A stretch of DNA of 64,000 nucleotides, from positions 9,486,001 through 9,550,000 of the forward strand of contig CM022675.1 of the NCBI GenBank assembly GCA_012295275.1. The letters are read 5' to 3'. The number at the start of each line of letters is the position of its first letter. Position 1 is the first letter of the stretch. Position numbers and translations under genes: made by a program. The notes under the pieces were generated by a model. It saw nothing but the letters and a program-made list of their open reading frames with translations, searched no databases and was not told the origin of the DNA. Shown here piece by piece: positions 1 through 30,584 of this stretch. This DNA is from Chrysomallon squamiferum. Taxonomy: Eukaryota > Animalia > Mollusca.

Positions 1-269
1 ATTTAAAAGCGCCATTATTAATACAGAACATATAACCTCATAAATTTTTATTATCAGTGACAATATATTTATTATTATTATTATTATTAGTTTTTGAGAA
101 TTAGTTACATAACCGGTAAAAAGTAAAAGAAATAATGTTTTCCAGTTAGTGGACTGCATACGCACAGACAACACACCTAAACACTTAAGTACTTACAGAT
201 AAAAAGTCATTAATCTGAAAAAAATAATTAAATAAATGCTTATAGAAACAAATAAAACAAAACTAAATA

Positions 270-927
270 AATAAATAATGAACAAACAACTTAAACATGC
301 ATTTAAATAAACATACAAATCGGCAAAGAAAAACAATACCCGTAAATAAAAATATATAATGCAGCAAAACAAAACAAAACAAAATAAAATAAATAAATAA
401 ATAAATAAATAATGAACAAAAAACTTAAAACATGCATATAAATAAATATACAAATCGGCAAAGAAAAACAATATAGGAAAAATAAAAATATATAATGCAG
501 CAAAAAAAAAAAAAAATAAATAAATAAAAAAAATAAAATAAAAAAGAATAAATAATGAACAAACAACTTAAAACATGCATATATATAAAAATACAAATTT
601 GGCAAAGGAAAACAATATAGGAAAAATAAAAATATATAATGCAGCAAAACAAAATAAAATAATAAATAAATAAATAAAAATAAAATAAAATAAATAAATA
701 AATAAATAATGAAAAAACAACTTAAAACATGCATAAAAATAAATATACAAATCGGCAAAGAAAAACAATACAGGAAAAAATAAAACTATATATAATGCAG
801 CAAAACAAAAAAAAAAAAAAAAAAAAAATAAATAATGAACAAACAACTTAAAACATGCATATAAATAAAAATACAAATGGGCAAAGGAAAACAATGCAGG
901 AAAAAATAAAAATATATAATGCAGCTA
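270..927. repeat. Tandem repeat, 5 copies of a ~95-bp core plus variable A-rich tail (period ~125-155 bp)
   Basis: Core aataatgaacaaacaacttaaaacatgcat...tacaaatcggcaaagaaaaacaat...aaatatataatgcagc recurs near 273, 408, 551, 705 and 831. It explains the F/Y/I-rich spurious ORFs at 193-894. Confidence 0.9.
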
Positions 928-1489
928 AATATGGTCAAACCTCTTGTATGACGCCCCCTCCCCCCATCCTGTCATATATCGAACCGGTTCTGCCGCACCA
1001 AAAATAGCTGTGCATAGATCGTCTGCATGTAATTTTACGTAACTGTATCCCGTTTTACCGCTCCTCACTATCTGTCATCCAAAAACTGCATTTATTTTAG
1101 TATCTTTGTAAGTGACTCTGTGAAGAAGTTTTCCCTGTCCCTTTCCCTGTTTTGTATTGCAAAACTACTGTCCACCGTGCAAAAATGAATCCCAAAAATG
1201 TCACCGAATCAAAAATGAATAAAAAAATAAAAATAAAATAAAAAAATTAAAAGTATCTATAATTTTTTCTTGAAAAAGGAAAATGACAAGAATCGGCCGA
1301 TGTTAATGGTTTAATGATTAGCGCCATCTTAATTTTTTTTTTTTTTTTTTAAATTCCTTTTCTTATTATTATTATTTTTATTTTTATTTTTAAAGTAAAG
1401 TTTTTGGTTAATACTTAATTATTTATCGTGCGATCCCCCCCCACCAAAAAAATAAATAAATAAATACATTTTTAAAAATCAAAAATCAA

Positions 1490-1520
<31 letters not shown>

Positions 1521-1628
1521 TAAAAATTGAAAAAAAAAAAGAAAAAAAAAAGAGGAATCTGAACTCTCTGTACATATTGTTGACCTCCATGACAACTGTA
1601 CACGCACAGCGCTAATTTTAGACAATTA

Positions 1629-2504
1629 CAGTATACCCTCACCTTTTCGCGGTTCCCCATTCGCGGCCCCGCATATTCGCGGGTTAGGCTCTTAACCCTA
1701 TCGCATCGTATGCTGGTATACCAGGCTAGCGTCATAATGTCATAAAAACAAATGCTCAGTAAACCGGGTTTTTGTAGGTCATAGAGACTTAAGTGCCTGA
1801 AGAGTAGGAATAATTACCTAAAGTGCTGTAAAGCAGCAGCTAAGCTGTGCCATACTGTACATTAGTGTTATCATCATCATCGTATGGCACTGCAAATTTC
1901 ATCATCATTTTATTATCATTCATTATGGGTGACAGCACAAACAATATCAAATTTTTTCAATTATTATTGCAATACAGTACGTATTTTTTTATAAATGCAT
2001 ACACTGTATATACAGTGCATATTTTTTGTGACCGTGTATTAATAATGTTTTTAATTGCATATTATTACTGAATTGAATAATGCGTACTGTATTTATCTGT
2101 TTGCCTTTAAATTTGTTCCACTTTCTGTCAATTCTAATACATATGTTGTACATAGAAAATGACTTTACGGTACAGTAATACTGTATGGGTAACTATGCTA
2201 TGCGGTGTTACTGTCCTCCTGTACTTGCGTTTCTTTCTGATTAAAATATTGTTTCAGTACAAAATTAAAATGTGTTTACATTATCATTACTACATTAGTG
2301 AAATACATAACTGCATGCAATATTACTACATTATTACTGTATTAATGAGTAAGAGTGTCTTTAGAAAGTGTTTGGGAAGCATTTAGTACCATATATAATC
2401 TCATAATAGACGTTTTAAAACTGCATCCAATATTCGCGGTTTTTCGCTATTCGCGGGGGGGGGGGGTAAAGAACGTAACCCCCGCGAATAGCGAGGGAAT
2501 ACTG
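1629..2504. mobile_element. Non-autonomous Tc1/mariner (Tigger/pogo-like) DNA transposon, MITE-like, ~876 bp
   Basis: Imperfect TIRs: 5' CAGTATACCCTCACCTTTTCGCGG and 3' end reverse complement CAGTATTCCCTCGCTATTCGCGG. TA flanks at 1627-1628 and 2505-2506. Subterminal ATTCGCGG repeats at both ends; no transposase ORF. Confidence 0.85.
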
Positions 2505-2997
2505 TACTGAGTTTTTTGTCAATGTCGTTTTTCACAATTTCACAAAACCGTCCACCTCATTAGAGTGCCGAAGTCGAATGAGCATCAATACAGGCGTTAC
2601 AAAGAGGTTTGATTGTAGATATAGTTATACAAATACATGTTAAAAAGGGATAACAAATACTGCGGTTAGATAATCTTTTAGATAAATAAATAATTTAAAA
2701 AAAAAAAAAGTATTAGTACTTCAGAAAAACGATTATAAATATATAGCTGTGTATTTGGTTAAAAAGAAAAGGAAGGAAAAAATATATATTCAGTTTCTTT
2801 CTGTCCGTTTTAAAATTATTTGTCTTCGTTTCTCTGTAATTCACTGCTTTCTCAGAGCCCTCTCTCGCGCGCGCACAAACGCACGTGCGCATTCCCTCAC
2901 TGTCACTTTCCCCTCCTCTGCCTTTCTCTCGTTTAATGATTATATTTCGCGCGCCCACACTCACACACACACACACATTCCTTATCCTCTGTCTCAC

Positions 2998-3097
<100 letters not shown>

Positions 3098-5154
3098 GTC
3101 TTTCTCCCATTCTCTCTCAGTCACACTTACTAATTGTTCTTCTAAAATATAGTGTTGAGAAAGTATTGATAATAAAACGAAGGGAAATAATTATAAACAA
3201 ATCCGAACTATAAAAACTATTGCTGGCAGCTTCCCATTATTTTTACGAGATATTTATGGTAACTGATTTATACTAGAGGTAAAGTTGGCGGTGTGTATCA
3301 TGGTAGGTAATATGGTAATGGAAGTAGTAGTCGTCACAACTGTGAATATAAAATAATATAAAACAGATGAGTAAACCGGTTAATTTAATCATTAATGGAT
3401 TATCGTTAATTCAGTTTATTTTCAATGTAAAAAAAAGAAGAGAAGAAAGTAAAAAAAATAAAGAAAAGAAAGTTAAAAGAACAAAGAATATACGAAAAGA
3501 AACAGACAAGAAATAGTAAGTGAAAAGAGAGGGGAAAAAAAAAAAAAAAAAACAACAACAACAACAAAACAAACAACAAACAATAAAGTAATAAGAGAAG
3601 GACAAAAGATGAACTAATAAATAAAAACACAAGACAAAACTATTATATACTACTTACATTAAAGGCCGTCTTTGCTTTCAGCTATCGATTTGTTATACTA
3701 AAAAGGGGGCGTAATCAAAATTTTTGAATACGGGTTAAAAATGAATCAGCTTTTGTGAATCAGATAAATATTTAACGCTGCCTAGCATTAAGATTTCTGT
3801 TATTATTAAAAGGAAACAAATTAAAATTAACCAAAAAACATCCCCGTCTATATGTTATGTTTCCAGGTGTGGCAGTGTAAATGTAGGATCGGCAAATAGG
3901 ATAAAAGAAATTCAAAAAAAGGGAGGGGCAAAAAAAAAGGGCGTCTACTTACTTATGGTAGTGAAAGCCATGACGAATTTACACACCTAAAATACACTCA
4001 AGAAATTTGAAATGTTTTTCTATTCAGTTACTCAGCCTGTAAAAATAAAAACGTGCAGTTATACACTAAAATTCAAAATGGACGAATAGAAAAGATAGGA
4101 AAATCCCAGTGTAAGAGGGAATTCCCCATGAGCTGTTTTAACAGAGCAACGACGCAAAACATTTTACGTTTTATCCCAATTTATCATCAAATATATTTAC
4201 AACATTTTAATAATATTTAAAAGAAAAATAAGTGTATATAATCAATTTTCTAAAGTTTTCTTTTTTATTCTGACTTTTATTATTATTATTTTTTTTAATT
4301 AATTATTTAAAAAGTCAACTTTTTTTCCCTTATATATTAAAACTGCTGATGTTCAGATTTTAATTATGTTCGTTACAGGGCTATGTCACATGACATTTGT
4401 GGACTTTAACGGAGGCATTTTTAATAACAATATACGCTTAACAATCAAACATATATCAGTAATGTTTAACAGATGTATAATTTTTTGAGTGAAAAGTAAT
4501 GTTCTAGTTTTACTTCGGCAGCAGTTTAACTGCATTAATGTTTTTAGAGAATTAATATCAGTAAATATAAACAACATTAAATAATGCTTATAAATTAATG
4601 AATCAATCAGTCAGTAATGGATGTGAGCGTTAACAACAATAACAATAACTAATAATAAACAGTTAAATGTTAGATTTAACGAATAAATAAGTACTAATTT
4701 TAAACGTTAACAATATTAAAATAATAAAATATAATAAATAAATAAAATGCTATAAATTAGTTATTAAAATGCAGTATTTCGTAAACTATTCCGGATCATC
4801 CACGACTAAATTTCATTTTGTTTAGGATGATTATCGTCTTGTTCTCCTTCCACTTTCGTTCAACCAAAAATAATTTCATTCGCGTTTGGGTAAAGCATTC
4901 ACCTGATCCATCTGATCAGAAAACAGTGAAGTAGTGACACATAATTATGTTCAAAAATTAGAAAATACGAAATAAAGTTATTTTGGTTCAGTACAATTTT
5001 ATTATTATTTTGTCTTGATAAACCCACACTGAATTAAGGATCTTTAACTGAACATACGTATTAATGCTATTAATAATATATCCACTATTCCAAAAATAGT
5101 AAACAAGAGTGGTATAGAATTAACATAGGAAGTGTTGTTGTTTTTTAATTTTTT

Positions 5155-5186
<32 letters not shown>

Positions 5187-5519
5187 CAGGCCTAAATTAC
5201 AAATTACGCAATATGTAATTTAGCCGGTCAGGTTATGTATTACTCAGCCACGACCTTGCTTTTGTCCAGTCCGGTTAAACTGGCTGTTTGCAAAAATATT
5301 CTCAGATAAAATAAGGCAATTAAACTGGAATTTATAACATTAATAACTTTATGAAAAATAATATGATTCATAGATTTAATTTAAAAAATTTATTTTATTT
5401 TTATTTATTTATTAAATTTATTTATTTATCTATTTATTTATTTTGTTCGTGTTGGTCTTTTGTAGTAGTGGTAGTAACAGTAGTTGTAGATAGGTAGAAA
5501 TAATAGCTGTGGCAATTAC

Positions 5520-5570
<51 letters not shown>

Positions 5571-5994
5571 TCATGATGTTATTATTTATTTATGTAGATA
5601 TTTTATTTTATTATTTATTTTAATGATGTGTAAATATTGTTTCTTTTTCCTGTACAGTATACTTCCTCTTTCAGTCGTTCAAAAAAAAATAGTTCTGTAA
5701 CAGGGTAAGCAAACAGAATATAATAATGACTTAGACATATGTCTTTTAGACATAGGGCTATTTATTTATTTATTTATTTATTTGTTTTTTCTAAATGAAT
5801 GCAAAATATATAAATGTCACTACCACTCATTTCTCCTTAAAGAAAAAGGATAAAAAAAAAGACTCAGCAAATTAGCACATTTTGCACAAGTCCAATTCAT
5901 TGTTTGAGTTCTCTTTTCCTAAAGCATAGTACTGTCGTCTGCTCTGAACTGAGATTAACGCTATTGTGATAAGCTTCTGATTTTCTAATTTAAA

Positions 5995-6539
5995 ATGGAA
6001 CCTTTGCAAACCACATGGCCTGTAATTATTCATCAATGTTTGGAAAAAACAGAATTGGGAAAATCCCTTTCACAGAAACGTTTTAAACTTCGCAGTAAGT
6101 TCTGAAACCACACGGTGAAGAGATATACTTTTTTTTTCTTTTTGTTAGAATCTCAAAAATGTCGCGCGTAAAAGTTTACCGAAAACTTTTATTAGAAAAT
6201 ATTGATATACTTAAAATATTTTAAATGGTTTCTTGAAAATATTTTGGGAATTAATATTGATGGTTATATCGTATTTTAACTTTCCCTCAGGTATTTATAA
6301 TTTTAAAAATGTAAATTTAAATGTTTTAGTTTCAGAGTCTGTAACTCCACACAGCATTATCTTTCCCAAATCAGGAGTAGCTTTTCTACACGTTATTCTT
6401 TCAAGATCTCTTTGGGATTCTGGATCAGGTCACTTAAAACAAGATTTTATAAACAGGTAAGACATAATGCAAATACCAAGATCTTCAAATAATATTTTTT
6501 TTTAATCACATTGTATATAATTCCTTGAATTTATTTAAA

Positions 6540-6570
<31 letters not shown>

Positions 6571-8527
6571 ATAATAGAAATAAAATAAAATAAAATAAAT
6601 TATACTATCAAAGTAATTAAAAATAAATAAATATACCTTTAGTTAGAAACTTATAGGAGAAATATTTATATAATTTGATTTATGATAACCTTTTAATTAA
6701 TTTCAGAATACTCTTGAATTTTTAAATAAATTATATGATTATAATAATAATTTTTAATTTTCGTTTTTTTTAATATGTTTTTTTTTTAGTATTGACAAAT
6801 TTGTTCAAGTACATCGCAATTGCTACATACTTGCCCAGGCATCCCTATATGGGGAAGAGGAATTCAAATTATGCTCAGTTATCCAGAGTCGGTAGGTTTA
6901 ACAGATATAATAAATACTTTCTAGTTATACTGAATTAATAAATTTAATAAATATATCTTTGACTGAACAGCATTGTTAAATATAATAAGGTAAATATTTT
7001 ATATGGCATAAACACATTTTTTAGTTTAATTAACAAACATATAATTCAAAATTTATTTGCATATTCAGTTTCTTTAAATTATGTTTCTTTAAGCAAATGT
7101 AATGACAGTCCAATATAAAAGCAATGTAAGGCAAATTTTTCAAACTAATTTTATACCACATTTCTATGAAATTGTAATATACCAACATAATATGATAAAG
7201 TGGAATAATGTGTGTATCCAATATTTTTATTTTAATTACTGAAACAGTATCTATAATTAGAGCTTTTGTTATCTCCAATTTACCTTTTACGGACTTATAA
7301 TCATTGTTCTGCCATTAATATTTTAGTTCTTTCAAATTCAGATATCTGTCGACAACTTTGCAAATAGTTCCAATCCATAATGCCAGTGAAGGAGTAAAGG
7401 CCATGGTTAATATTGCAAAGGTATGAAAAGCATGAAAAATAATAAAGCTTACTGATTAATGATTTTGTGAAAATGATTTTTAATGCTTTTTATTGACTTA
7501 AAAATAGTTATTTTCTTAATTTATATTAAATGGACATATTAAACTGTTCTGAAATTTAATTTGGATTTAAATGGATTTACACTAACTTAATAGTTTGAAG
7601 AATCAACTTTGTGGTTTTTCAGTTAAAATATATAATTGAAAAATTTAGTTTGACTGTATCCATTGTGTGCATGTTTTATTAAAATAATTCTTATTACATT
7701 TATTCACTAATAAATAAATAATAGAATAACGGGGTTTCATTAAAATAATTTGGCTTTAACAATTCGTGTTAAATAAAAATAAAATAAATATAAAAATAGA
7801 ATTAAACTTGTAAGTTGAAGAAAGTCGTGACATAAACATTGTTCACTGACATGACTTTTCAAGCTGCTTTGTAAATCAACTTCTGAGATGATGTCTCAAC
7901 GCTTTGAGGCACTTTTGCAGCACCATCTAGTGGATGAAACTGTCCCATCTGTTCTAAAACAGCTGCAGCTTGATGATCATCATATCCTTTCTTTTATCTT
8001 GATTTATCCAACAGTTTGTTCATATCATAAATGTGAATGACAAAATATAAGCTGTTTTCAAATAATTAGATTAAGACACTGTGTGATCGTATATTTTTGG
8101 AAAAAGGAGAGATTCTTTTAGACAAATGTTAAGAGATAAATTGAAATTCTGGATCTCCTTGACTGATAAGCAGTGCTTTGTTTCTTTGTATCAAGTTCTG
8201 AATCTATACTTAAGTGAACTATACTGTCAAATGAACTTTTTAAAATATAAAACATAGATATTGATGTTTTCAGAACTGATATATTTTTTTTTTTTTTTTT
8301 TTGTCATTGAAGGTTAATTAGAATAGTTTTAATTTGATTGTTATAGTGATAAATTGTGCCAAACATTTCCTTAACCATAACCACAGATACAGATGTTGCA
8401 GGATGGAATTGGCAGCATTGCTTCAATAGCATCAGCTTCAAAAGAAGATCTCCTTGACTGCAGTCTTGACTCAGCAACAGCAGACAAAATATTGGCTTTC
8501 TTTAAACAAAAACAACAAAAAGTTTAA
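5995..8527 (+). CDS. SPO16: SPO16 homolog (C1orf146/SCRE), meiotic XPF/ERCC1-like protein, 6 exons, ~222 aa
   Basis: Exons 5995-6094, 6330-6456, 6790-6891, 7342-7420, 7864-7981 and 8385(or 8391)-8527 join in one frame: MEPLQTTWPVIIHQCLEKTELGKSLSQKRFKLR-ISESVTPHSIIFPKSGVAFLHV...IDKFVQVHRNCYILAQASLYGEEEFKLCSVIQSR-YLSTTLQIVPIHNASEGVKAMVNIAK...IGSIASIASASKEDLLDCSLDSATADKILAFF. This matches recalled C1orf146 motifs (SIIFSLSGVAFL, IEKFINIHQNSFLVL, ILPVHN). The last intron is AT-AC. Confidence 0.85.
7982..8384 (+). other. U12-type (minor spliceosome) AT-AC intron
   Basis: 5' splice site ATATCCTTT (7982-7990), branch site TTTCCTTAAC (8366-8375), terminal AC at 8383-8384 (alternative AC at 8389-8390). 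Removal keeps the frame (c|ag = Gln). Confidence 0.9.
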
Positions 8528-10301
8528 ATCTGTTAAATGACACCATGACAAAGTATTTAAAATGAGTTAAGTTTTTGTTAAACAAATCTGGAATATGGAC
8601 GTTCAGTTATGGGTTTTTTGTCATTAATGTTTCAAAATAATAAATTTTGTTCTAAGTTTCTTTGTATTTGACTAGATTTGTATTACTCAGTTATTATATA
8701 TATCTTTTTAGTTTTTCCCTTTCTATGTACTTTTCTTTATCAGTTTTGTTTGTCAAAATACTAATCCAATTTATTCTCCAAAAAATATTCATCATAACAC
8801 TGGTATATCAATACACATCTGTGCTTATATGTCATAAATATGCATATAAAAATTAAGAAGATTTAAAAATAACCAAACCCAAAAATATATAGCTTTTATA
8901 ATGATACCTATATTTTTATACAACTTGTCATCAGTGTAAAATAAAACTTAATCAAACTTTACATAGTACATGCAATACATCTTATAATTATTAAACATTA
9001 TTCTGATTCTGCAAGTGTGGTACTGCCACCAGATATAATTATTAGCTAAGTAATAAAAAAATTTAGTTACAGCTATAATTTTAATTTTATAAACATGTTT
9101 TCATATCCACTCTTCATCTCATTTTAAAACAAACTACAGTGAGATATGCATGCTTGTATGTATTTGTGTGTGTGTGTGTCTGATCATGTAGATTGTATAT
9201 GTGTGCATGCATACAAGTATTTGAATCGCTGATAATACATAAATCTGTCAGTACATTTAGCAGTGATGATCTTTATAATATTAACAAGAATAATAAATAG
9301 AAAATTTGAAGTCCATTAAGTGATATGTAACTCTTTATTCATATAATTAATCGAACATTTATGACAGGCAATTATTTCTTTTTAATCACAGATTCAGTTT
9401 ACTCAAACATACACAGCCAATTTGAGAACAAGCAAAAGTATAATTGATAAAATTTGCATAACAACATGTATATGTTTATATATATGTGCATCATTATTTA
9501 ATAGGTATCAGCTTACACATACAAATATACGTATATACTAAAAGATTACTTTTAAAAAACAGAGTATAATGGTTTATTTGAATGCAATTACATATGGAAT
9601 GCAATATCCACACTTAATTATGACTCAAGATCAATATCTTGGTCTTGAAATGAAATTTCTAAAAGAAAATTATTACCACTCGTAAATGTGAAAAATATGA
9701 ACAAAAATTATTTTAACATTGATTTTAGTTTTGTTAAGTGTCAGGCAGTCTGTTATTAAAATATAAAATCATAACAACTAACACATCATGGAATATCTAA
9801 TGAGAGTTTATATTAAATTTTGTGTAAAGATCTGAATATTTTAATTTGAAGAATGTGGTTTATGAAAAGTAAGGTTTTCTTTCAGCTTTTTAATTTTTGT
9901 TTTCCTTTGCTGATTTTCACTGACATTTTTACTAAGCACAATTTGTAATACAGTATAGTCATTTTACTTTACTATTTGATAGAGACTGATTGTGGATAAG
10001 TGGTTGTTAGAATGGGCATTACTGTCACCGTGGCAATGGGAATTCCTAAGATAACAATAACAATGGTTATCGTAGCTGATTTTTTAACTTGAAACATATT
10101 GTAAATTGGAAGTTTTAAGGAATGGCTGAAAAGGAATAACAGGCTAGAGATGAAAATAGAGTCAAGGAGGTAGTACCCTGAATATACGTGTAATTCAACA
10201 AAAATATATAGCTGTTTTTATTAAAATTTTACAAGATATGGTAAGTTGTATTTAAAAATAATTTCAGCATTATTTAATTTTAAAATATACATTATAATCA
10301 G

Positions 10302-10333
<32 letters not shown>

Positions 10334-11990
10334 TCTTGGTTTAATATTAGTATAATAAGGTAGATTTTAAAATAAAATACACGTCACATTACAATATGTA
10401 TGTATTTAGACATTCATAAAATAATAATTACACAGAATAATGATTTGTGGTTACAAACATATTCTAACATAAAACAATTAATAATAATAAATAAATGTTG
10501 ATACATTCATATTATGTAAAATAGCTTATCTTCGTTTTTTTTGTTTTGTCAAAAATATTTCACAAGGATGTCTACAAATTTCCAACATTTTCTTTTTTTT
10601 TTCTCCAAATATTTGGATTTTTTAAAATTGTATTATTATTTTATTTTGTTTTCTTTTGTTATGAAAACACTTCTGGTTGACCTGAATTTCATACTTTTCC
10701 TCCATTTTTCTGTTGACAACACTGAATTCAGTGCAAATACTAAATATACCTTTTATATTTACACATTATGATTTAATTTATTTGCTGTAGTAAACATAAA
10801 TACCATTGTTATGCAGAAACAACATGATATAATAAAATAACAATGAAAATAAAGAAACCTATGTTACTTAAAGCATGAAGAAATAATACATATCTGATAT
10901 AAAAAACACTTTCACATATTAGCATATATATGTTCTGTTACAAGGTGGTTTGGTTTGGTTATATATATATATATATTTTTTTTAGTACAGTTTATAGTGT
11001 GTCTCACTTAGTGAGTTCATCAAACAATATAAGCATTGTATATGCTGTTCTACTTTACCATATATCTATACATACTTTACTACACATTTAAGAAAAAACT
11101 AAAACAAATTAAAAACCTATTTGGCACAATAATAATGAACTTGTCATGAAATTAGTTTGTTAATATACAACAGTATTTAAAAAAAATCTAATAATAAATT
11201 ACTGCAAGCATATATTTATATTTTCAAAATATAATTAATTAGTTAATTTTTATTAACTTTTAAACAGCACACATAAGGTTATACTGAGTTACATGGTTTT
11301 AAAATCCTAGTGATTAATTATTTCGTTTTTAATTATTATTATTTTGTTCATAACAGAATCACATAATTATAACATAAATTCACATTATGTTTTTAAGTCA
11401 AAATAACCAAATTTATAAGTAATTACATATCTTCATAAAAAAGAAAGAAAATGTAATTAATAATGAAAGTAAATGGTAATTATTTGCAAATATGTTTTGT
11501 ATGAATTCATCCTTGGGTAGACAGCCTAGGAAGACATAACTATAAAAAAAAAAGCAATAACAATACTTTTCTAACGTAAGTAAGTCTAAGATGTACAATG
11601 TTAAATAAAAAATAAAATAAAAATATTGCTCTCAATTTGTAGACTAAACATTAGGAAACATTGTTTTTTTTTTTTTAAATTATTACAGTGTAAAATGTTA
11701 ATAATAATTAAAAAAAATTAAAACATTCAAGAACATTAATCAAATATAAAAATAAAAAAAGAATTTGATTCAAGAACACTTTATTTTAAAGTGAATTAAC
11801 TTAAAAATACAAACCCCTCCCCTCAAAAAAAAGAAAACAAAACAAAAAAAATTAAAAATTAAAAATCCAGGAATATTGTTCCAGTAAATTATAACAAAAA
11901 ATAAACACTGAAAAAAAAAAAAAAAAAAAAAAAAAAGAAATAATAACAATAAAAAGAAGTTTAAAAAAAAGAGGTAAATCTCCTAACTAT

Positions 11991-20723
<8,733 letters not shown>

Positions 20724-21860
20724 TATCTTCAGGTCTTTTGTTTGTAAATAAACTCATGTGATCGTTTCCGCCATCTGTAACAGATTTCTTTCAAATTTTC
20801 GCTTAATATATACGTTTTCAATTCATTTAACGAGTAGGAGATTACCAGTCGTACAATTTCAACTTTAACCTCAACCTTTGCTTTCGATTTAATCATTATC
20901 AAATAAATGTATTGTATTTATTGTTTTCATTCTTTGTATAAAATTCTCATGTTGCCTTGGATAATTTAAATATATTAAAATGTAAATAAATTATAAAATA
21001 AAATACAAATTAATATGGTATTGTTCATTTTGTGGGAAATGTTAAATCTTCCGGTATTGTATTTCTACGACCCTCACCTTCGTTATTAGATCCATATAGT
21101 GATGTACATATAAGAGAAAGTCACTTGTTTATTTGTGCAACTAAATCTTACAGAATAAACAAGACTGCAGATTCGACGGTAATGGTTTTAAATCGGACAT
21201 TCCCAACTCCTTGCATGTCTGCATTTAATTTTTATCGTTATTATTAATTTTCTATCACACTTTAGTCTTCCTCTTCTTTATATATATATATATTTTTTTT
21301 TTTTCATCCTCTAGTGATTCCAAGGTAACAGTCAATTAATTAACTGAAAGAGAGTGGGCTCCCTCCATTAATTTGTTTAGGTGTTTTGAGAAAGCTTAAC
21401 AGATTATAATTTATAGGATCGATCTTTTTGTTTTATTACCAGCGGATCTTGTCCCAAACCTTCAAGTGCCCCACGTCAGGCTTATTAATAGTTGTGCGAA
21501 CAGTTATCATTATGTATAGTCCATGATGTGTAAACGATGTATGATTTCTTAAAGACAAAGACCAAAACAACAACAACAATAAGTTGAATACTAATAACAA
21601 TAACAATAATAAAGAATGTTTTATGTAAATAAAAATTTAATTTGAAATACGCCTGTGATTTATTAAATATTCAATAAAACATTTAAATCACCTTGTTAAT
21701 GCAGATGTCTCGACCATGAATAATGAAAAATAAATAAATAAATAAATAAAAAAATTAAAAATAAGTTTTATGCATTTATTTCACATTGTTCTTCGTGTTA
21801 GTCTTTCTTCTTTTTCCTCTTTTTATTTATTTATTATTAATTTTTATTTTTATTTCTATA

Positions 21861-21904
<44 letters not shown>

Positions 21905-22228
21905 TTTATAAATATAATTAATTTTTTTTCAAATGAAACTACGTCCAAGTAAAATTAATAATTATTCATAATAGAAATCTCGAATTTCATTCCTTATAAT
22001 ATAATCGAATTCGGGTTTCTTCGGAAAAAGCCGAAGAAAACAAATTATTGAACAAAACGTTTTCAAAACTGCTCGGAAAGTTCCGATACAGCCACAGATC
22101 ATTCATAAATTGACCGAGGTTTTCCGAAAACAGGAGTCGTGGGTGTGTCTTCGTCGAGCATTTCGATTCGACCTTGGACTCGAAAGTCGAATACGGTTAG
22201 GGAAACTATCACCTGAATAAAAACTCGT
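20724..22228. promoter_or_regulatory. Divergent (head-to-head) promoter region of RUNDC3 and uridine phosphorylase
   Basis: Start codons face away from each other ~1.5 kb apart. CpG is locally more frequent, and there is a YY1-like CCGCCATCT at 20768-20776. TSSs cannot be determined from sequence. Confidence 0.55.
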
Positions 22229-30509
<8,281 letters not shown>

Positions 30510-30584
30510 AGAAAACTTTATTTAGGCTTTTTTATACATACCTGACACCCGAGTGTGTACATTCTTAAATCTATTTACAAAACT

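Noticed and set aside
5995-8527. Alternative identification as FAAP24 or ERCC1 because of the HhH2-like tail
   Set aside because: The N-terminal and central motifs (SIIF..SGVAFL, KF..vH.N, P.HN) fit C1orf146/SPO16 much better by recall.
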